From NCBI GenBank assembly GCA_964637295.1, contig CAZWWE010000004.1, positions 26,674-90,673 on the forward strand: a DNA stretch of 64,000 nt. Reading direction: 5' to 3'. Shown here piece after piece: positions 27,467-37,341 of this stretch. Made by a program: the position numbers and the translations under genes. The DNA comes from an uncultured Pseudomonadales bacterium. Its GTDB lineage: Bacteria; Patescibacteriota; Microgenomatia; UBA1400; PJMF01. A model generated the notes under the pieces. That model had not been told where the DNA came from. It saw nothing but the letters and a program-made list of their open reading frames with translations, and did not search any database. Every line of letters starts with the position of its first letter. Positions within the stretch are counted from its first letter, which is position 1.

Positions 27467-29752
27467 ATGGATTTGATCATCGTTGAATCACCTACTAAGG
27501 CCAGAAAACTTAAGGATTATTTGGGCAATAAATACCTGATTGAAGCCTCTGTGGGTCACGTGAGAGACCTGCCGAAGAAAACTTTGGGTATTGATTTAGA
27601 AAATCAATACCAACCCGTTTACGAAATCAGTGCTGACAAGAAAAAAGTGGTGGCGAACTTAAAAAAACTGGCCAAAATGGCCGACAAAATTTATTTAGCC
27701 ACTGACCCTGATCGTGAGGGTGAAGCGATTGCTTGGCACATTCAATTTTTGCTTCAAGATGCCAAAAATAAGAATCATTTTTTTAGATCCACTTTTCATG
27801 AAATTACTCAAGAAGCTGTCAAAAAAGCCATTGATCAACCAGGTAAATTAGACTTAAATTTGGTTGATGCTCAGCAGGCGCGTCGTGTTCTAGATCGTTT
27901 AGTAGGCTATCAAGTTTCACCTGTCTTATGGAAAAAAATTCGTCGTGGTTTGTCTGCCGGTCGTGTGCAATCAGTCGCATTACGCTTAATTGTTGAGCGT
28001 GAAAAAGAAATTGCTGCTTTCAAACCAGAAGAATATTGGGAATTATCAGTCGCTTTAGCCAAAGAAAATTTAGTTAAGCCACAGGCAATTTTTGATCAGG
28101 ATGGCAAAGTCAAAAATCAATTAGATAAAAACATTTTTATTGCTAGCCTAGATAAGATTAATGAGCAAAAAGCCAAAATTGATCAAGCATCGCAAGCGCA
28201 ATCAATTGCTCAGGATTTATTAAATGCTACTTATTTAGTAGACAAGGTCGAAAAAATGGAGCGCAATCGTCAGAGTTTACCTCCTTTTACAACCTCTTTG
28301 TTACAGCAGGCTGCGGCCACGAGTTTTGGTTTTTCAGTGAAACAAACCATGAGTTTGGCGCAAAGGCTTTATGAAGAAGGTTTGATCACTTATCATCGCA
28401 CTGATTCTTTTAACTTAGCTAGCGGGGCGGTGGAAAAAGCTCGTGCTTACATTACTGAACATTTTGGCAAAAATTATTTACCAGCTAAAGCTAGATTTTT
28501 TGCCAAAAAATCTAAAAATGCTCAGGAAGCTCACGAAGCGATTCGCGTGACTGATTTGTCAATTGATTTACATAATATTCAGAAAAAAATTGGTTCACTA
28601 ACGGACCAACACATCAAGCTTTATGACTTGGTTTGGCGCAGATTTTTGGCTTCACAAATGACAGCAACCATTTATGACCAAACCACTATTTTAGTTGAAG
28701 CTCTTGCCAAAGAAAATAAAAACAAATATCTGTTGCGCAGCACTGGTTCAGTACTTAAATTTGATGGTTGGCGTCGTTTATTTTCCATTGCCGAAGATCA
28801 AGTGTTACCAGAAGTTGAGGAAAAGGATCGCTTAAGTTATCTAGATTTAGCTTCTTTGCAGAAATTTACTCAGGCTCCGCCTAGATACAATGATGCTTCT
28901 TTGGTCAAAGAACTAGAAAAAAGAGGTATTGGCCGACCAAGTACCTATGCCTCGATCATCTCCGTGATTGTTGATCGAGCCTACGTAGAGCGTAATCAGA
29001 AAAAATTTTTTGCCACTCCGATTGGCATGACCGTTTGTGATTTTTTAACTGCTCATTTTGACAACTTTATGGACTATGATTTCACCGCTTCTATGGAAGA
29101 AGATTTAGACTTGATTGCTTTAGGTGAAAAAAATTGGGTTAAAATTATTGATTCTTTTTATCAGCCTTTGGCCAAAAAAATTGCAGCAGTGACCAAAGAA
29201 GCAGATCGAGTCCAAGTGCCTGTCGAGAAAACTGGTGAGAAGTGTCCAGAATGTGGTAAGGGGGAAGTGGTGATTCGCACTGGTCGCTTTGGCAAATTTA
29301 TGAGTTGTAGTCTCTTTCCGGAGTGCAAATATACCAAAAATATTGTGGAAACCTTGCCAGATCAACACTGTCCACTCTGTGGCGAAGGGGAAATAGTGGT
29401 TAAAAATACTAGATGGGGCAAGCCATTTTATGGTTGTTCTTTTTATCCTAAGTGTGATTTCGCTTCTTGGAAAAAACCTGAACCGGGGTATAAATTGACT
29501 CAAGCAGAGTGGGCAGAAATTAAGCAAAAACGAGAAGAATGGAAAGCGCGGATGAATAAAAACAAAAAACCTCTTGCTCAAAAAGCTTCTGTCAAAAAAG
29601 CCAGTGCTGCTAAAAAAACTAACCTTGCTCAAAAAAGCTCGTCTGCCAAGCGAAGAACAAAAACCAAAACAAAAACAACAAACATGGTAAAAACAGCAGT
29701 TAAGGCGAAAACTAGCAAGACTACAAAAACTAAGCTTTCGGTAAAAAAATGA
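27467..29752 (+). CDS. topA: DNA topoisomerase I with C-terminal zinc ribbons and Lys-rich tail
   Basis: MDLIIVESPTKARKL Toprim start, active-site region YHRTDS, C4 zinc ribbons (CPECGKGE ... CPLCGEGE), KTKTKTT tail. Confidence 0.95.
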   Translation: MDLIIVESPTKARKLKDYLGNKYLIEASVGHVRDLPKKTLGIDLENQYQPVYEISADKKKVVANLKKLAKMADKIYLATDPDREGEAIAWHIQFLLQDAKNKNHFFRSTFHEITQEAVKKAIDQPGKLDLNLVDAQQARRVLDRLVGYQVSPVLWKKIRRGLSAGRVQSVALRLIVEREKEIAAFKPEEYWELSVALAKENLVKPQAIFDQDGKVKNQLDKNIFIASLDKINEQKAKIDQASQAQSIAQDLLNATYLVDKVEKMERNRQSLPPFTTSLLQQAAATSFGFSVKQTMSLAQRLYEEGLITYHRTDSFNLASGAVEKARAYITEHFGKNYLPAKARFFAKKSKNAQEAHEAIRVTDLSIDLHNIQKKIGSLTDQHIKLYDLVWRRFLASQMTATIYDQTTILVEALAKENKNKYLLRSTGSVLKFDGWRRLFSIAEDQVLPEVEEKDRLSYLDLASLQKFTQAPPRYNDASLVKELEKRGIGRPSTYASIISVIVDRAYVERNQKKFFATPIGMTVCDFLTAHFDNFMDYDFTASMEEDLDLIALGEKNWVKIIDSFYQPLAKKIAAVTKEADRVQVPVEKTGEKCPECGKGEVVIRTGRFGKFMSCSLFPECKYTKNIVETLPDQHCPLCGEGEIVVKNTRWGKPFYGCSFYPKCDFASWKKPEPGYKLTQAEWAEIKQKREEWKARMNKNKKPLAQKASVKKASAAKKTNLAQKSSSAKRRTKTKTKTTNMVKTAVKAKTSKTTKTKLSVKK

Positions 29753-30348
29753 AAATTCTTCTTTTTGGTGGCACTTTTAATCCACCACATTTGGGTCACC
29801 AGCTGATGGCAGAACAGGCTTTGAGTCAAGCTCTGGCCGGCAATGTTTTTGATCAATTATGGCTTTTGCCAGTTGGCCAGCATAGTTTTGCCAAACAGTT
29901 TGTGAGCCAGCAAGATCGTGTAGCGATGCTCAGTTTAATGATTGCCAGTATTGTTCAAAAAAATCCTCTTCTTAAAAATAAAATTTTTATCGAAAAATAC
30001 GAACTAGAAAGAGACGAGGAAAGCCAAACTTTTACCACCTTAGAAGCGCTTGCCAGGCAATATCCACAACATCAATTTTCTTTTTTAATTGGTGCAGATA
30101 ATTTAGCCAAATTTCATCTTTGGCATGACTATCAATTAATGCTGTCTCGATATCCTTTTTACGTTTACCCAAGAACAGACTACGCTTTTCAGCCTCTTTA
30201 TCAAGGCATGATTGTTTTGGAAGGCTTTCCTGAAATGCAAGTTTCATCTACGCAGGTTAGGGCAGCTTTGACAAATCGAAACAATTTAGATAATTTATTA
30301 GATGCTCAAGTAATTGCATATATTAAAGAAAAAAAATTGTTTGTTTAG
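29749..30348 (+). CDS. nadD: nicotinate-nucleotide adenylyltransferase
   Basis: MKILLFGGTFNPPHLGH (T/H)xGH motif. Confidence 0.9.
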   Translation: MKILLFGGTFNPPHLGHQLMAEQALSQALAGNVFDQLWLLPVGQHSFAKQFVSQQDRVAMLSLMIASIVQKNPLLKNKIFIEKYELERDEESQTFTTLEALARQYPQHQFSFLIGADNLAKFHLWHDYQLMLSRYPFYVYPRTDYAFQPLYQGMIVLEGFPEMQVSSTQVRAALTNRNNLDNLLDAQVIAYIKEKKLFV

Positions 30349-30356
30349 AAAGCACT

Positions 30357-30665
30357 ATGGCGCAAACTAAATATCGTGAATATTATCTAAAAATGCTTGC
30401 AGAAAATCGTCAATTGTTTGACGACTTTCTCAAAGTCAATGATCTTTTTCGGGAAAATCCAAGCTTGCACGCTACTGAGTTTCATCAGCTTGGCCAAAAA
30501 GTAGTGGATAAAATTCGTGACTTTGATCGTCGTTTGTGTAGCGCTATGGGCCGTGGAGTTTACAGTACTTACTCGCAACAATTATCAGAAAAATTCTGGG
30601 CTTTAGCGCGTCAAGATTTTGACCAAATTGATCTGGTGGGAGTCAAAATTAAAACAGCTAAATAA
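30357..30665 (+). CDS. hypothetical protein (102 aa)
   Basis: ORF only. Confidence 0.4.
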   Translation: MAQTKYREYYLKMLAENRQLFDDFLKVNDLFRENPSLHATEFHQLGQKVVDKIRDFDRRLCSAMGRGVYSTYSQQLSEKFWALARQDFDQIDLVGVKIKTAK

Positions 30666-30688
30666 AATAATGTGTTAGAATTGAGCAT

Positions 30689-30982
30689 ATGAATTACAAC
30701 GTCTATGCCCATGATTTTTTTTCAACTTTTTGGCCATTATTTGCTGGTCTAACTAGCTTTTTTGTCTTTTTAATTTTATTAGATCTATTGCTTAAAGCCC
30801 TAGCTCTTTGGAAAGCGGCTCGCGCTGATCAGCCTTTTTGGTTTATTGCTTTATTAATTTTTAATACCGTTGGTATTTTGCCGATTATTTATTTACTTTT
30901 TTTTGCTCGCGAACACAAAGTCCAACTTACTTCGCCAATTGCGGCTAATAAAACTGCCTCAAAAACTAAGAAACGCAAGTGA
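30689..30982 (+). CDS. small membrane protein (2 TM helices)
   Basis: Hydrophobic stretches FWPLFAGLTSFFVFLILLDLLL and FWFIALLIFNTVGILPIIYLLFF. Confidence 0.45.
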   Translation: MNYNVYAHDFFSTFWPLFAGLTSFFVFLILLDLLLKALALWKAARADQPFWFIALLIFNTVGILPIIYLLFFAREHKVQLTSPIAANKTASKTKKRK

Positions 30983-31779
30983 AGGCTAGACTGAGATTTT
31001 TTATGCAGCATGCTTCTCAACTTTCTCAAGAAATACTTCCTATCGTTGAGTTTGTGCGCCGTGTTTTTGTCAAAAATAACAAAAAACATGCTGTTATTGC
31101 GGTCTCTGGCGGGATTGATAGTGCTGTCGCCCTATCTTTATTAGTTCAAGCTTGGCCTAAGCAGCAAATATGGCCCATTTTGCTACCTTATGGAAGACAA
31201 GAAATGATTGATGCAACAACGATTTTAGATTTTTGGCAGATCCCTCTGGAAAACAGAAAAATTTTGAACATTGCTTCCATGGTGGATGCAACTTGCAAGT
31301 CTTTGCAAATCACTGACGCAGATAAAGTGCGCAAGGGTAACGTGATTGCTAGAACGAGAATGATGGCAATTTTTGACTATGCTAAAAAGAAAGATGGTCT
31401 AGTAGTTGGCACAGAAAATAAATCTGAACATTATTTGGGTTATTTTACTCGTTTTGGCGATCAGGCCTCAGATTTAGAACCACTGGCTACTTTATACAAA
31501 ACCCAAGTGCGTCAAATCGCTCAAACACTTGATTTGCCTCCAATTTTTCTAGAAAAGCCGCCTTCGGCTGATTTATGGCCAGAGCAAAGCGATGAACAGG
31601 AACTTGGCTTTAGCTATGAATTGGCTGATAGCGTATTACACTATTTGCTTGAACAGAAACTACAGCCGGCAGAAATTCTTCAACTTTTTAATCAAGAACA
31701 ACAAGCCACAGTTAATAAGATTTTAGTTAGAGTGGAGACGATGGCTTTTAAACGACAAACTCCTTATACTCTTGCATAG
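30979..31779 (+). CDS. nadE: NH3-dependent NAD+ synthetase
   Basis: AVIAVSGGIDSAVALSLL PP-loop SGGxDS. Confidence 0.9.
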   Translation: MKARLRFFMQHASQLSQEILPIVEFVRRVFVKNNKKHAVIAVSGGIDSAVALSLLVQAWPKQQIWPILLPYGRQEMIDATTILDFWQIPLENRKILNIASMVDATCKSLQITDADKVRKGNVIARTRMMAIFDYAKKKDGLVVGTENKSEHYLGYFTRFGDQASDLEPLATLYKTQVRQIAQTLDLPPIFLEKPPSADLWPEQSDEQELGFSYELADSVLHYLLEQKLQPAEILQLFNQEQQATVNKILVRVETMAFKRQTPYTLA

Positions 31780-31796
31780 AAATAGAATAAAAATTT

Positions 31797-32360
31797 ATGA
31801 CTGATTCCAGTGCTCACATTATTTTGCAAGCAATCGACATTGTGGCAATTGTCAAAAAACTGCGTCAAGCAAAAAAGAAAATAGTTTTGACTCAAGGTTC
31901 TTTTGATTTGGTTCACATCGGTCACGCTCGTTATTGCGATAAAGCTCGTGATTATGGCGATGTTTTGATTGTTGGCGTCGATAGTGATGAAAAAGTGCGT
32001 CAGCGCAAGGGTCCTAATCGGCCCATTGTCCCAGAAGATGAACGCATGGAAATGCTGACTCACTTACGCAGCGTTGATTACGTGGTGCTGAAAGAAGCGG
32101 GCGAAAAAAAATTTAATTTAATTAAACTAATTAAGCCAGATGTGCTGATTGCTACAGCACAAACTTATGATGCAGAAACTATCAAAAAATTAGAAAAAAT
32201 CTGTGGCAAAGTAGTGGTATTGGATCCAATGGCCACAACTTCTACTACGGCAAAAATTCGCTTGATGCAAATGAATACTGCTCGCAAAATTCAAGATCGC
32301 ATGCGCAGTAAACTGATTAAGAGTATTGAAGAAGTTTTGGAAGAATTAAGAACTGCTTGA
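31797..32360 (+). CDS. cytidylyltransferase-family nucleotidyltransferase (HldE domain II / TagD-like)
   Basis: GSFDLVHIGHARYCDKARDYGDVLIVGVDSDEKVRQRKGPNRPIVPEDERMEMLTHLRSVDYVV matches the (H/T)xGH and RP/ER signature of RfaE-II/TagD. Confidence 0.7.
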   Translation: MTDSSAHIILQAIDIVAIVKKLRQAKKKIVLTQGSFDLVHIGHARYCDKARDYGDVLIVGVDSDEKVRQRKGPNRPIVPEDERMEMLTHLRSVDYVVLKEAGEKKFNLIKLIKPDVLIATAQTYDAETIKKLEKICGKVVVLDPMATTSTTAKIRLMQMNTARKIQDRMRSKLIKSIEEVLEELRTA

Positions 32361-32384
32361 AAAATTTATTGAAGGAAATTTAAT

Positions 32385-33308
32385 ATGCAGCAATTTGTTT
32401 TTGCCTATGTACCAGTCTTACATCGTGGCTATCAGGAATTTTTTTCCAAATACCAAGCTGCTCACTTATACTTGCTAAGCAGAGAAGAGCTACTGCAACT
32501 TACAGAACTTGATTATCTTAAAAAAGATATTCGGGCGCTAGATTTAAGCTTGGTTCAAGAAGCAATTAAATCATGGAATATATTTAAGACTGTTGAAACA
32601 ATTAAGATAAAAGATCTTGAGCAATTAAATTACTCTCAAGCAGATGCACAGCTAATTTTTACTAATGATGACATTGGCCATTTAATTGCAGAGCGCTTTT
32701 TCAAAAATTATGGCAATCAATTATTTGAGCCAATTTTTTTACGCTGGGACGAAAAAGCTATTAGTGATCCTAAAATGGCAAAAGGCATTAAGATCAGTAA
32801 GACTCAATTTGAAAAAGAGATGATGTTCAAAGCTTTTATTGAAGCTGGCAAGAGCAGTGATTGGTGGCGTCACGTGGGTAGTTTGCTAATTAAACATGGC
32901 CAAATTTTAGCAGTTGCTTACAATCAACATTTACCAAGTCATGATCAGCAATACAAGGTTTCAGATCCTAGAATTAGTTTCAATTCTGGCGTGGGCATTG
33001 AGTTTGCGAGCTCGATCCATGCTGAAGCGGCTTTGATTGCCCGAGCTGCCAAAAGAGGATTGGTTTTAGCGGGTGCGGAAATCTACGTGACAACCTTTCC
33101 TTGCCCAATTTGCGCCAAACAAATTGCTGAAGCAGGAATTAAAAAAGTCTATTACGCCAAGGGCTATGCATTACTAGATGGTTTAGAAATTTTTAAAGCT
33201 TATGAGATTGAAGTTAACTTAATAGCTTTTACTAATCAGGAATTAAGAGAATTAGAACAAATCGAAAATGCTAATTGTTTAGTCAAAAAGCGATATGTTT
33301 TGATATAA
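32385..33308 (+). CDS. dCMP deaminase (CDA fold) with ~150-aa N-terminal domain of unknown function
   Basis: C-terminal HAEAALIARAAKRG ... TTFPCPICAKQIAEAGI zinc-binding H(A)E / PCxxC; N-terminal 150 aa without recognisable motif. Confidence 0.75.
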   Translation: MQQFVFAYVPVLHRGYQEFFSKYQAAHLYLLSREELLQLTELDYLKKDIRALDLSLVQEAIKSWNIFKTVETIKIKDLEQLNYSQADAQLIFTNDDIGHLIAERFFKNYGNQLFEPIFLRWDEKAISDPKMAKGIKISKTQFEKEMMFKAFIEAGKSSDWWRHVGSLLIKHGQILAVAYNQHLPSHDQQYKVSDPRISFNSGVGIEFASSIHAEAALIARAAKRGLVLAGAEIYVTTFPCPICAKQIAEAGIKKVYYAKGYALLDGLEIFKAYEIEVNLIAFTNQELRELEQIENANCLVKKRYVLI

Positions 33309-33315
33309 TTTTTGA

Positions 33316-34344
33316 GTGGCGGAAAAAATAACTCAACCAGCAGCACAACAATTGCTCATTCCCTATAAGGAATTTTTAGCAGAGCTGAATTTAGATCCAC
33401 TTTTGGCCAGCATTCTTACAAGAGATGGTTTATTATTAAACTTAGCGACAACAGCAACAACCAACACTGAAGCTACTTCGGAAATTGTTTGGCCAGGAAT
33501 TAGCAGAGATGCGATTTTTTTTGCAGTAATTTTTCAATTTCTTGCACAAATATCCAGTAAATTATCCACTACTGATGAAAGCTTTGCTGCCTATGACATA
33601 GAAATTTGCAAAGAGTTTCTGTCACGCACTCAAATTTTTCAAGCTTTAGCTTCGGATAAAATCATTCTTAGTCAAGCTCATCGACAAACAGAGCATGTTA
33701 ATTCTCAAGAACATATCTTGACTACTTTAAAGAATCTAATCACTGAATCCTTGTCAGAAAGAGAAAAATTTTTAATGAGAGTTTTTGTTTTAATGCATGA
33801 TTTCGGGAAAGTGTTATTGGCTAATTATGAAGGTGATTCTGAAGCATTGATGAAAGTAATCAAGAATGTTAATCAGGAAGGAATAGTAAAAAATTCTTTT
33901 GTTGACCATCAGCAGTTATCAGCTCTGATTTTTCGCTCAGTGTTGAGCCATAGTCAATTAGCGAGAGAGCAATTTGTCGATGAGCAAGAAATTGAATATC
34001 TTGTCAATCTTATTGCTCATCACCATCTTTTTGGCAGTGTCAATAAATATCTCAAAGATGGTGGTTTTGATCTAAACGGTTTTTTCACCAATGTTCCCGG
34101 ATTGGCAGAAAGTAAGCGTTGGGAATATTTATTACATTCATTTTTATTTAATTTGGCAGATGTGAGTGCAACCAGAGGCCATTGGCCACATCTTTTACCA
34201 AATATTGAAAGTTTTGAGCAATTGACGAAAATATACTCTCAAGATGAAAATAGAGATCCTGAGCTTTTAGAAAAAATGCAGCTTAGCCTCGAATTAGCTA
34301 AAATTAAATATCAATATTGTTATCAGCAAGGTATAAATTTTTAA
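33316..34344 (+). CDS. HD-domain phosphohydrolase-like protein
   Basis: VFVLMHDFGKVLL and LIAHHHLFG His/Asp metal-binding motifs; apparent GTG start. Confidence 0.55.
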   Translation: MAEKITQPAAQQLLIPYKEFLAELNLDPLLASILTRDGLLLNLATTATTNTEATSEIVWPGISRDAIFFAVIFQFLAQISSKLSTTDESFAAYDIEICKEFLSRTQIFQALASDKIILSQAHRQTEHVNSQEHILTTLKNLITESLSEREKFLMRVFVLMHDFGKVLLANYEGDSEALMKVIKNVNQEGIVKNSFVDHQQLSALIFRSVLSHSQLAREQFVDEQEIEYLVNLIAHHHLFGSVNKYLKDGGFDLNGFFTNVPGLAESKRWEYLLHSFLFNLADVSATRGHWPHLLPNIESFEQLTKIYSQDENRDPELLEKMQLSLELAKIKYQYCYQQGINF

Positions 34345-34351
34345 GAGCCAG

Positions 34352-34822
34352 TTATTTTCTGCGCTCTCGCTGCAGACCTAATTTAATTCTGACTGGTTCA
34401 AAATCTTCGGCCAGAGCATCTGGCACGATCAGTTGCACGTGCAAATGATTAACGGTGCCTGCGGAAAAATCAGTATCACCAAAGCGCATTGCTAAACCGC
34501 CACCTTCAAACTGATATTTTTTTGCCAGTTCTTGCATCAAAGCAAATAATTCCTTGCCCGCCTCGATGTCTAATTCTTGTAAGCTAGTGGCGTGTTTTTT
34601 ATAAATCAGCAGAAAGTGATGCTTGGTGTGGGGATAGGGCCACTGGTTTTTAGTGACAAGCCAATGTGCGGTTTCTTTGAGAATAGGTTCTTTGTGATAG
34701 TGCTGTAAATTTTCTGCACAAAAAGGACAATGGTTTTGATCAGCAATTTTCTGCATGACCTCGATTTGATCTTGTTGTCGAGCGTTATTAAGATTAATAA
34801 AATTATTTTTATTTTGCTGCAT
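34352..34822 (-). CDS. HIT-family nucleotide hydrolase/transferase
   Basis: VNHLHVQLIVPD histidine triad (HxHxQ variant), N-terminal CPFC zinc motif. Confidence 0.75.
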   Translation of the reverse strand: MQQNKNNFINLNNARQQDQIEVMQKIADQNHCPFCAENLQHYHKEPILKETAHWLVTKNQWPYPHTKHHFLLIYKKHATSLQELDIEAGKELFALMQELAKKYQFEGGGLAMRFGDTDFSAGTVNHLHVQLIVPDALAEDFEPVRIKLGLQRERRK

Positions 34823-34828
34823 TTTTTC

Positions 34829-35740
34829 CTAAATGGCGACCGGAATATCCCACATACCTGGATGCGGATTGTAATCAACTAATTCAAAGTCTTCGATACG
34901 ATAATCAAAAAGGTTTTTTTTCTTGTTTTTCAAGAGCATTTTTGGTAAAGGGCGAGTCTCTCTTCTTAGCAATTCTTTGACGTGCTCAATTTGATTGATA
35001 AAAATATGAGCATCTGAAAAACTATGGATGTATTCATCGGCCTCATAACCGGTAACTTCAGCAATCATCATAGTTAGAGCGGCATATTGAGCCAGATTGG
35101 CAGGAAGACCAATCGGCACATCACTGGAACGCTGAAACATGTGTAAAGAGAGTTTATTATTGATGACGCGGATGTGAATCCAACCGTGGCAAGGGCAGAC
35201 CACCACTTTTTGAGTTTTGCCGGTGCCACGAATAGTGTACTGCGGAATCCAAGGAGTTATAAAATGAGTTTTGAGGTGAGGTAATTCTTTAATTTGCTCA
35301 ATGATTTCCTTAAATTGATTAAAAGTGCCACCATCAGCAGTTGGAAAATCATGAAAAGCTGCTCCATAAGAACCTGGACCCAAATCACCAGTTGCCAACC
35401 CTCGTTTATGACATTTTTCCTGCGTCACCCAAGCTTTCCACCAGTTACAGCCGTATTTTTCAAGCTCACTTTGGGTGCGAGCGCCATTGATAAAAGCAAT
35501 AATTTCACCAATTGCGCCTTGCCACATTTTCTCACTGATTTTACGCTCTGTGATAATAGGAAAACCTTCGCTGAGCTTGAAGCGCAGGGGAGTGGGAGCA
35601 ATTTTGCTAATGGTGTCAATTTCTTGTTGGCTTTTTCCTTGAGAGCCTTCATCTAAAATTTCTTTGAGTAGCTTTTGATAGGGAGAGAGTTGACGTGACA
35701 CGATGACAATATATCGATTTAGTTGGTTGATGTCAATCAA
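34829..35740 (-). CDS. thyA: thymidylate synthase (ThyA type)
   Basis: Active-site region CPCHGWIHIRV (catalytic Cys), DAHIFINQ, C-terminal DYNPHPGMWDIPVAI conserved ThyA end. Confidence 0.9.
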   Translation of the reverse strand: MIDINQLNRYIVIVSRQLSPYQKLLKEILDEGSQGKSQQEIDTISKIAPTPLRFKLSEGFPIITERKISEKMWQGAIGEIIAFINGARTQSELEKYGCNWWKAWVTQEKCHKRGLATGDLGPGSYGAAFHDFPTADGGTFNQFKEIIEQIKELPHLKTHFITPWIPQYTIRGTGKTQKVVVCPCHGWIHIRVINNKLSLHMFQRSSDVPIGLPANLAQYAALTMMIAEVTGYEADEYIHSFSDAHIFINQIEHVKELLRRETRPLPKMLLKNKKKNLFDYRIEDFELVDYNPHPGMWDIPVAI

Positions 35741-35756
35741 TTATTAATATCAATTA

Positions 35757-36062
35757 TTAAATGCTGAGCTTAATTTCGCCTTCGGCGTATTGACTGATTA
35801 GTAAACCAAGTAAAGTTTGATAAGGAATTCTTTTTTTGGCGGCTTTAGCTTTGACCTTGCTTAGGTCGAGGTCATTAATGCGTAAGGTGATGCTTTTTTC
35901 TTTACGTTTTCTAATGGTGTTGATGGCAGCTTGGCGAAGCAATTTTTTGCTTTCTTCTAAATCAGGCACAGAAACGTATTCACCGCGTTCGAGAGCATTT
36001 TCAATGGCTTGTTCTTCTGTGTCGAGAATCAGATTTTTAAATGGGTTAAAGTTTTTTTTCAT
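35757..36062 (-). CDS. brnA: BrnA-like antitoxin (RHH/CopG-type), second copy
   Basis: ITLRINDLDLSKVKAKAAKKRIPYQTLLGLLISQYAEG parallels first BrnA C-terminus; overlaps upstream toxin by 17 nt. Confidence 0.65.
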   Translation of the reverse strand: MKKNFNPFKNLILDTEEQAIENALERGEYVSVPDLEESKKLLRQAAINTIRKRKEKSITLRINDLDLSKVKAKAAKKRIPYQTLLGLLISQYAEGEIKLSI

Positions 36063-36336
36063 ATTTTTTCTTAAAGTGGCGACTTGGATAAATAGTTTTT
36101 AGAAAAATAGTTTTTTTATTTTTATCAATGACGTATGGTATAACGTAAGCGTAATTTTTAAATGAGATAATAAAAATTCGTTGTTTTCTATATCTTTCTT
36201 GATTATGATGCTTGATGTCTCCAATAGTCAGTTCTTTTTGAATCAACTCAATAACATCTTCAAAGCAAATTCGTCTGGTTTCTTTGAGTAGTTGATTTTT
36301 CTCTGCACTAAATTCGATTTCAAAGTCCATGTTCAT
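36046..36336 (-). CDS. brnT: BrnT-family (DUF497) toxin, divergent second copy
   Basis: FEIEFSAEKNQLLKETRRICFEDV ... QERYRKQRIFIISFKNYAYVIPYVIDKNKKTIFLKTIYPSRHF aligns to BrnT FEWD..KN..N..KHG..FEEA and EER....IG....LL.VV.T.R...IRIISAR. Confidence 0.6.
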   Translation of the reverse strand: MNMDFEIEFSAEKNQLLKETRRICFEDVIELIQKELTIGDIKHHNQERYRKQRIFIISFKNYAYVIPYVIDKNKKTIFLKTIYPSRHFKKKYEKKL

Positions 36337-36555
36337 AATATAGCAAAAGTATGTACTTTGTAAATACTTAAATTAAGTTTATTTGTTGGCTAGTTTTTAA
36401 ACAATCTCTCTTAGAAACTATTTCCTAATTGACCAGACGCGTGTGCGTGATTGAATCTATTTTAGATATAAAAAGGGATAAGCTTTTATGACTGAAACAT
36501 TATTATGAGTGCCCCACGTGAGTCAAGCTAAACTTTTTGAGTTATAATCAACCTC

Positions 36556-37341
36556 ATGCAAATTCAAGCTATTAAATCACGTATTATCAAGCCTAATGAT
36601 GATCTTTTGACAGCCATTGATGAGGCGATTTCCAAAGATTCTAATTTAAGAGGCAAGCTACCGGAAAATTCGGTTTTGGCTATCAGCTCAAAAGTAATTA
36701 GTTATTGTCAAGGAAGAGTGGTGCCTAAGCTGAGTGAAGCTAAAAGCGCTAAACATGATTTAGTTAAAAAAGAAGCTGAGTTTTACACTGATCCTTCATC
36801 TTCTAAATTCGATCTAATGTTGACCATTAAAAATTCCACTTTGATTGTCAATGCTGGTATTGACGAATCTAACGCTGCCATCAATGGACAGGCCTGTTAT
36901 GTCTTGTGGCCGGAAAAAATTCAAGAAACTCTCAATGAAGTTTGGCAATATTTGCGCAAAAAGCATCAATTAAAAAATTTTGGTGTTATTACTACGGACA
37001 GTCGTTCTTTTCCATTGCGCTGGGGAGTAGTGGGCACGACCATTGCTTATTGTGGATTCAAAGGCCTGAATAATCACATTGGTCAAGAAGATTTATTTGG
37101 TCGAAAAATGAAAATGGAGCAAGTGAACGTCGCTGAAGCTTTGGGTGTAGCAGCCACTTTTGCCATGGGTGAAGTGGCTGAGCAAACACCTTTTGTTTTA
37201 CTATTTGATTTAACAAAAGTACAGTTTACTGATGCAGTTCCAAGCAGCGAAGAATTAACAGCCAACCAAATTAGTTTAGAAGATGATTTATATGCTCCTT
37301 TATTAACTCATGTGGCCTGGCAAAAAGGAGGCTCTAAATGA
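36556..37341 (+). CDS. CofE-family (F420-0:gamma-glutamyl ligase-like) protein
   Basis: NAGIDESN and FGVITTDSRSFPLRWGVVGTTIAYCGFKGLNNHIGQEDLFGRKMKMEQVNVAEALGVAATFAMGEV align closely to archaeal CofE (NAGIDASN ... VGVIITDTNGRCFRRGVVGFAIG...GRKDLYGREL...VADEIAAFANLLMGE). Confidence 0.75.
   Translation: MQIQAIKSRIIKPNDDLLTAIDEAISKDSNLRGKLPENSVLAISSKVISYCQGRVVPKLSEAKSAKHDLVKKEAEFYTDPSSSKFDLMLTIKNSTLIVNAGIDESNAAINGQACYVLWPEKIQETLNEVWQYLRKKHQLKNFGVITTDSRSFPLRWGVVGTTIAYCGFKGLNNHIGQEDLFGRKMKMEQVNVAEALGVAATFAMGEVAEQTPFVLLFDLTKVQFTDAVPSSEELTANQISLEDDLYAPLLTHVAWQKGGSK

Noticed and set aside
36337-36555. THF riboswitch upstream of the CofE-like/DHFR-like pair
   Set aside because: No match to THF-I conserved blocks (AGAGUAG, CGCGUUAAGUG, GGGAUG); only an acgcgtgtgcgtg imperfect palindrome.
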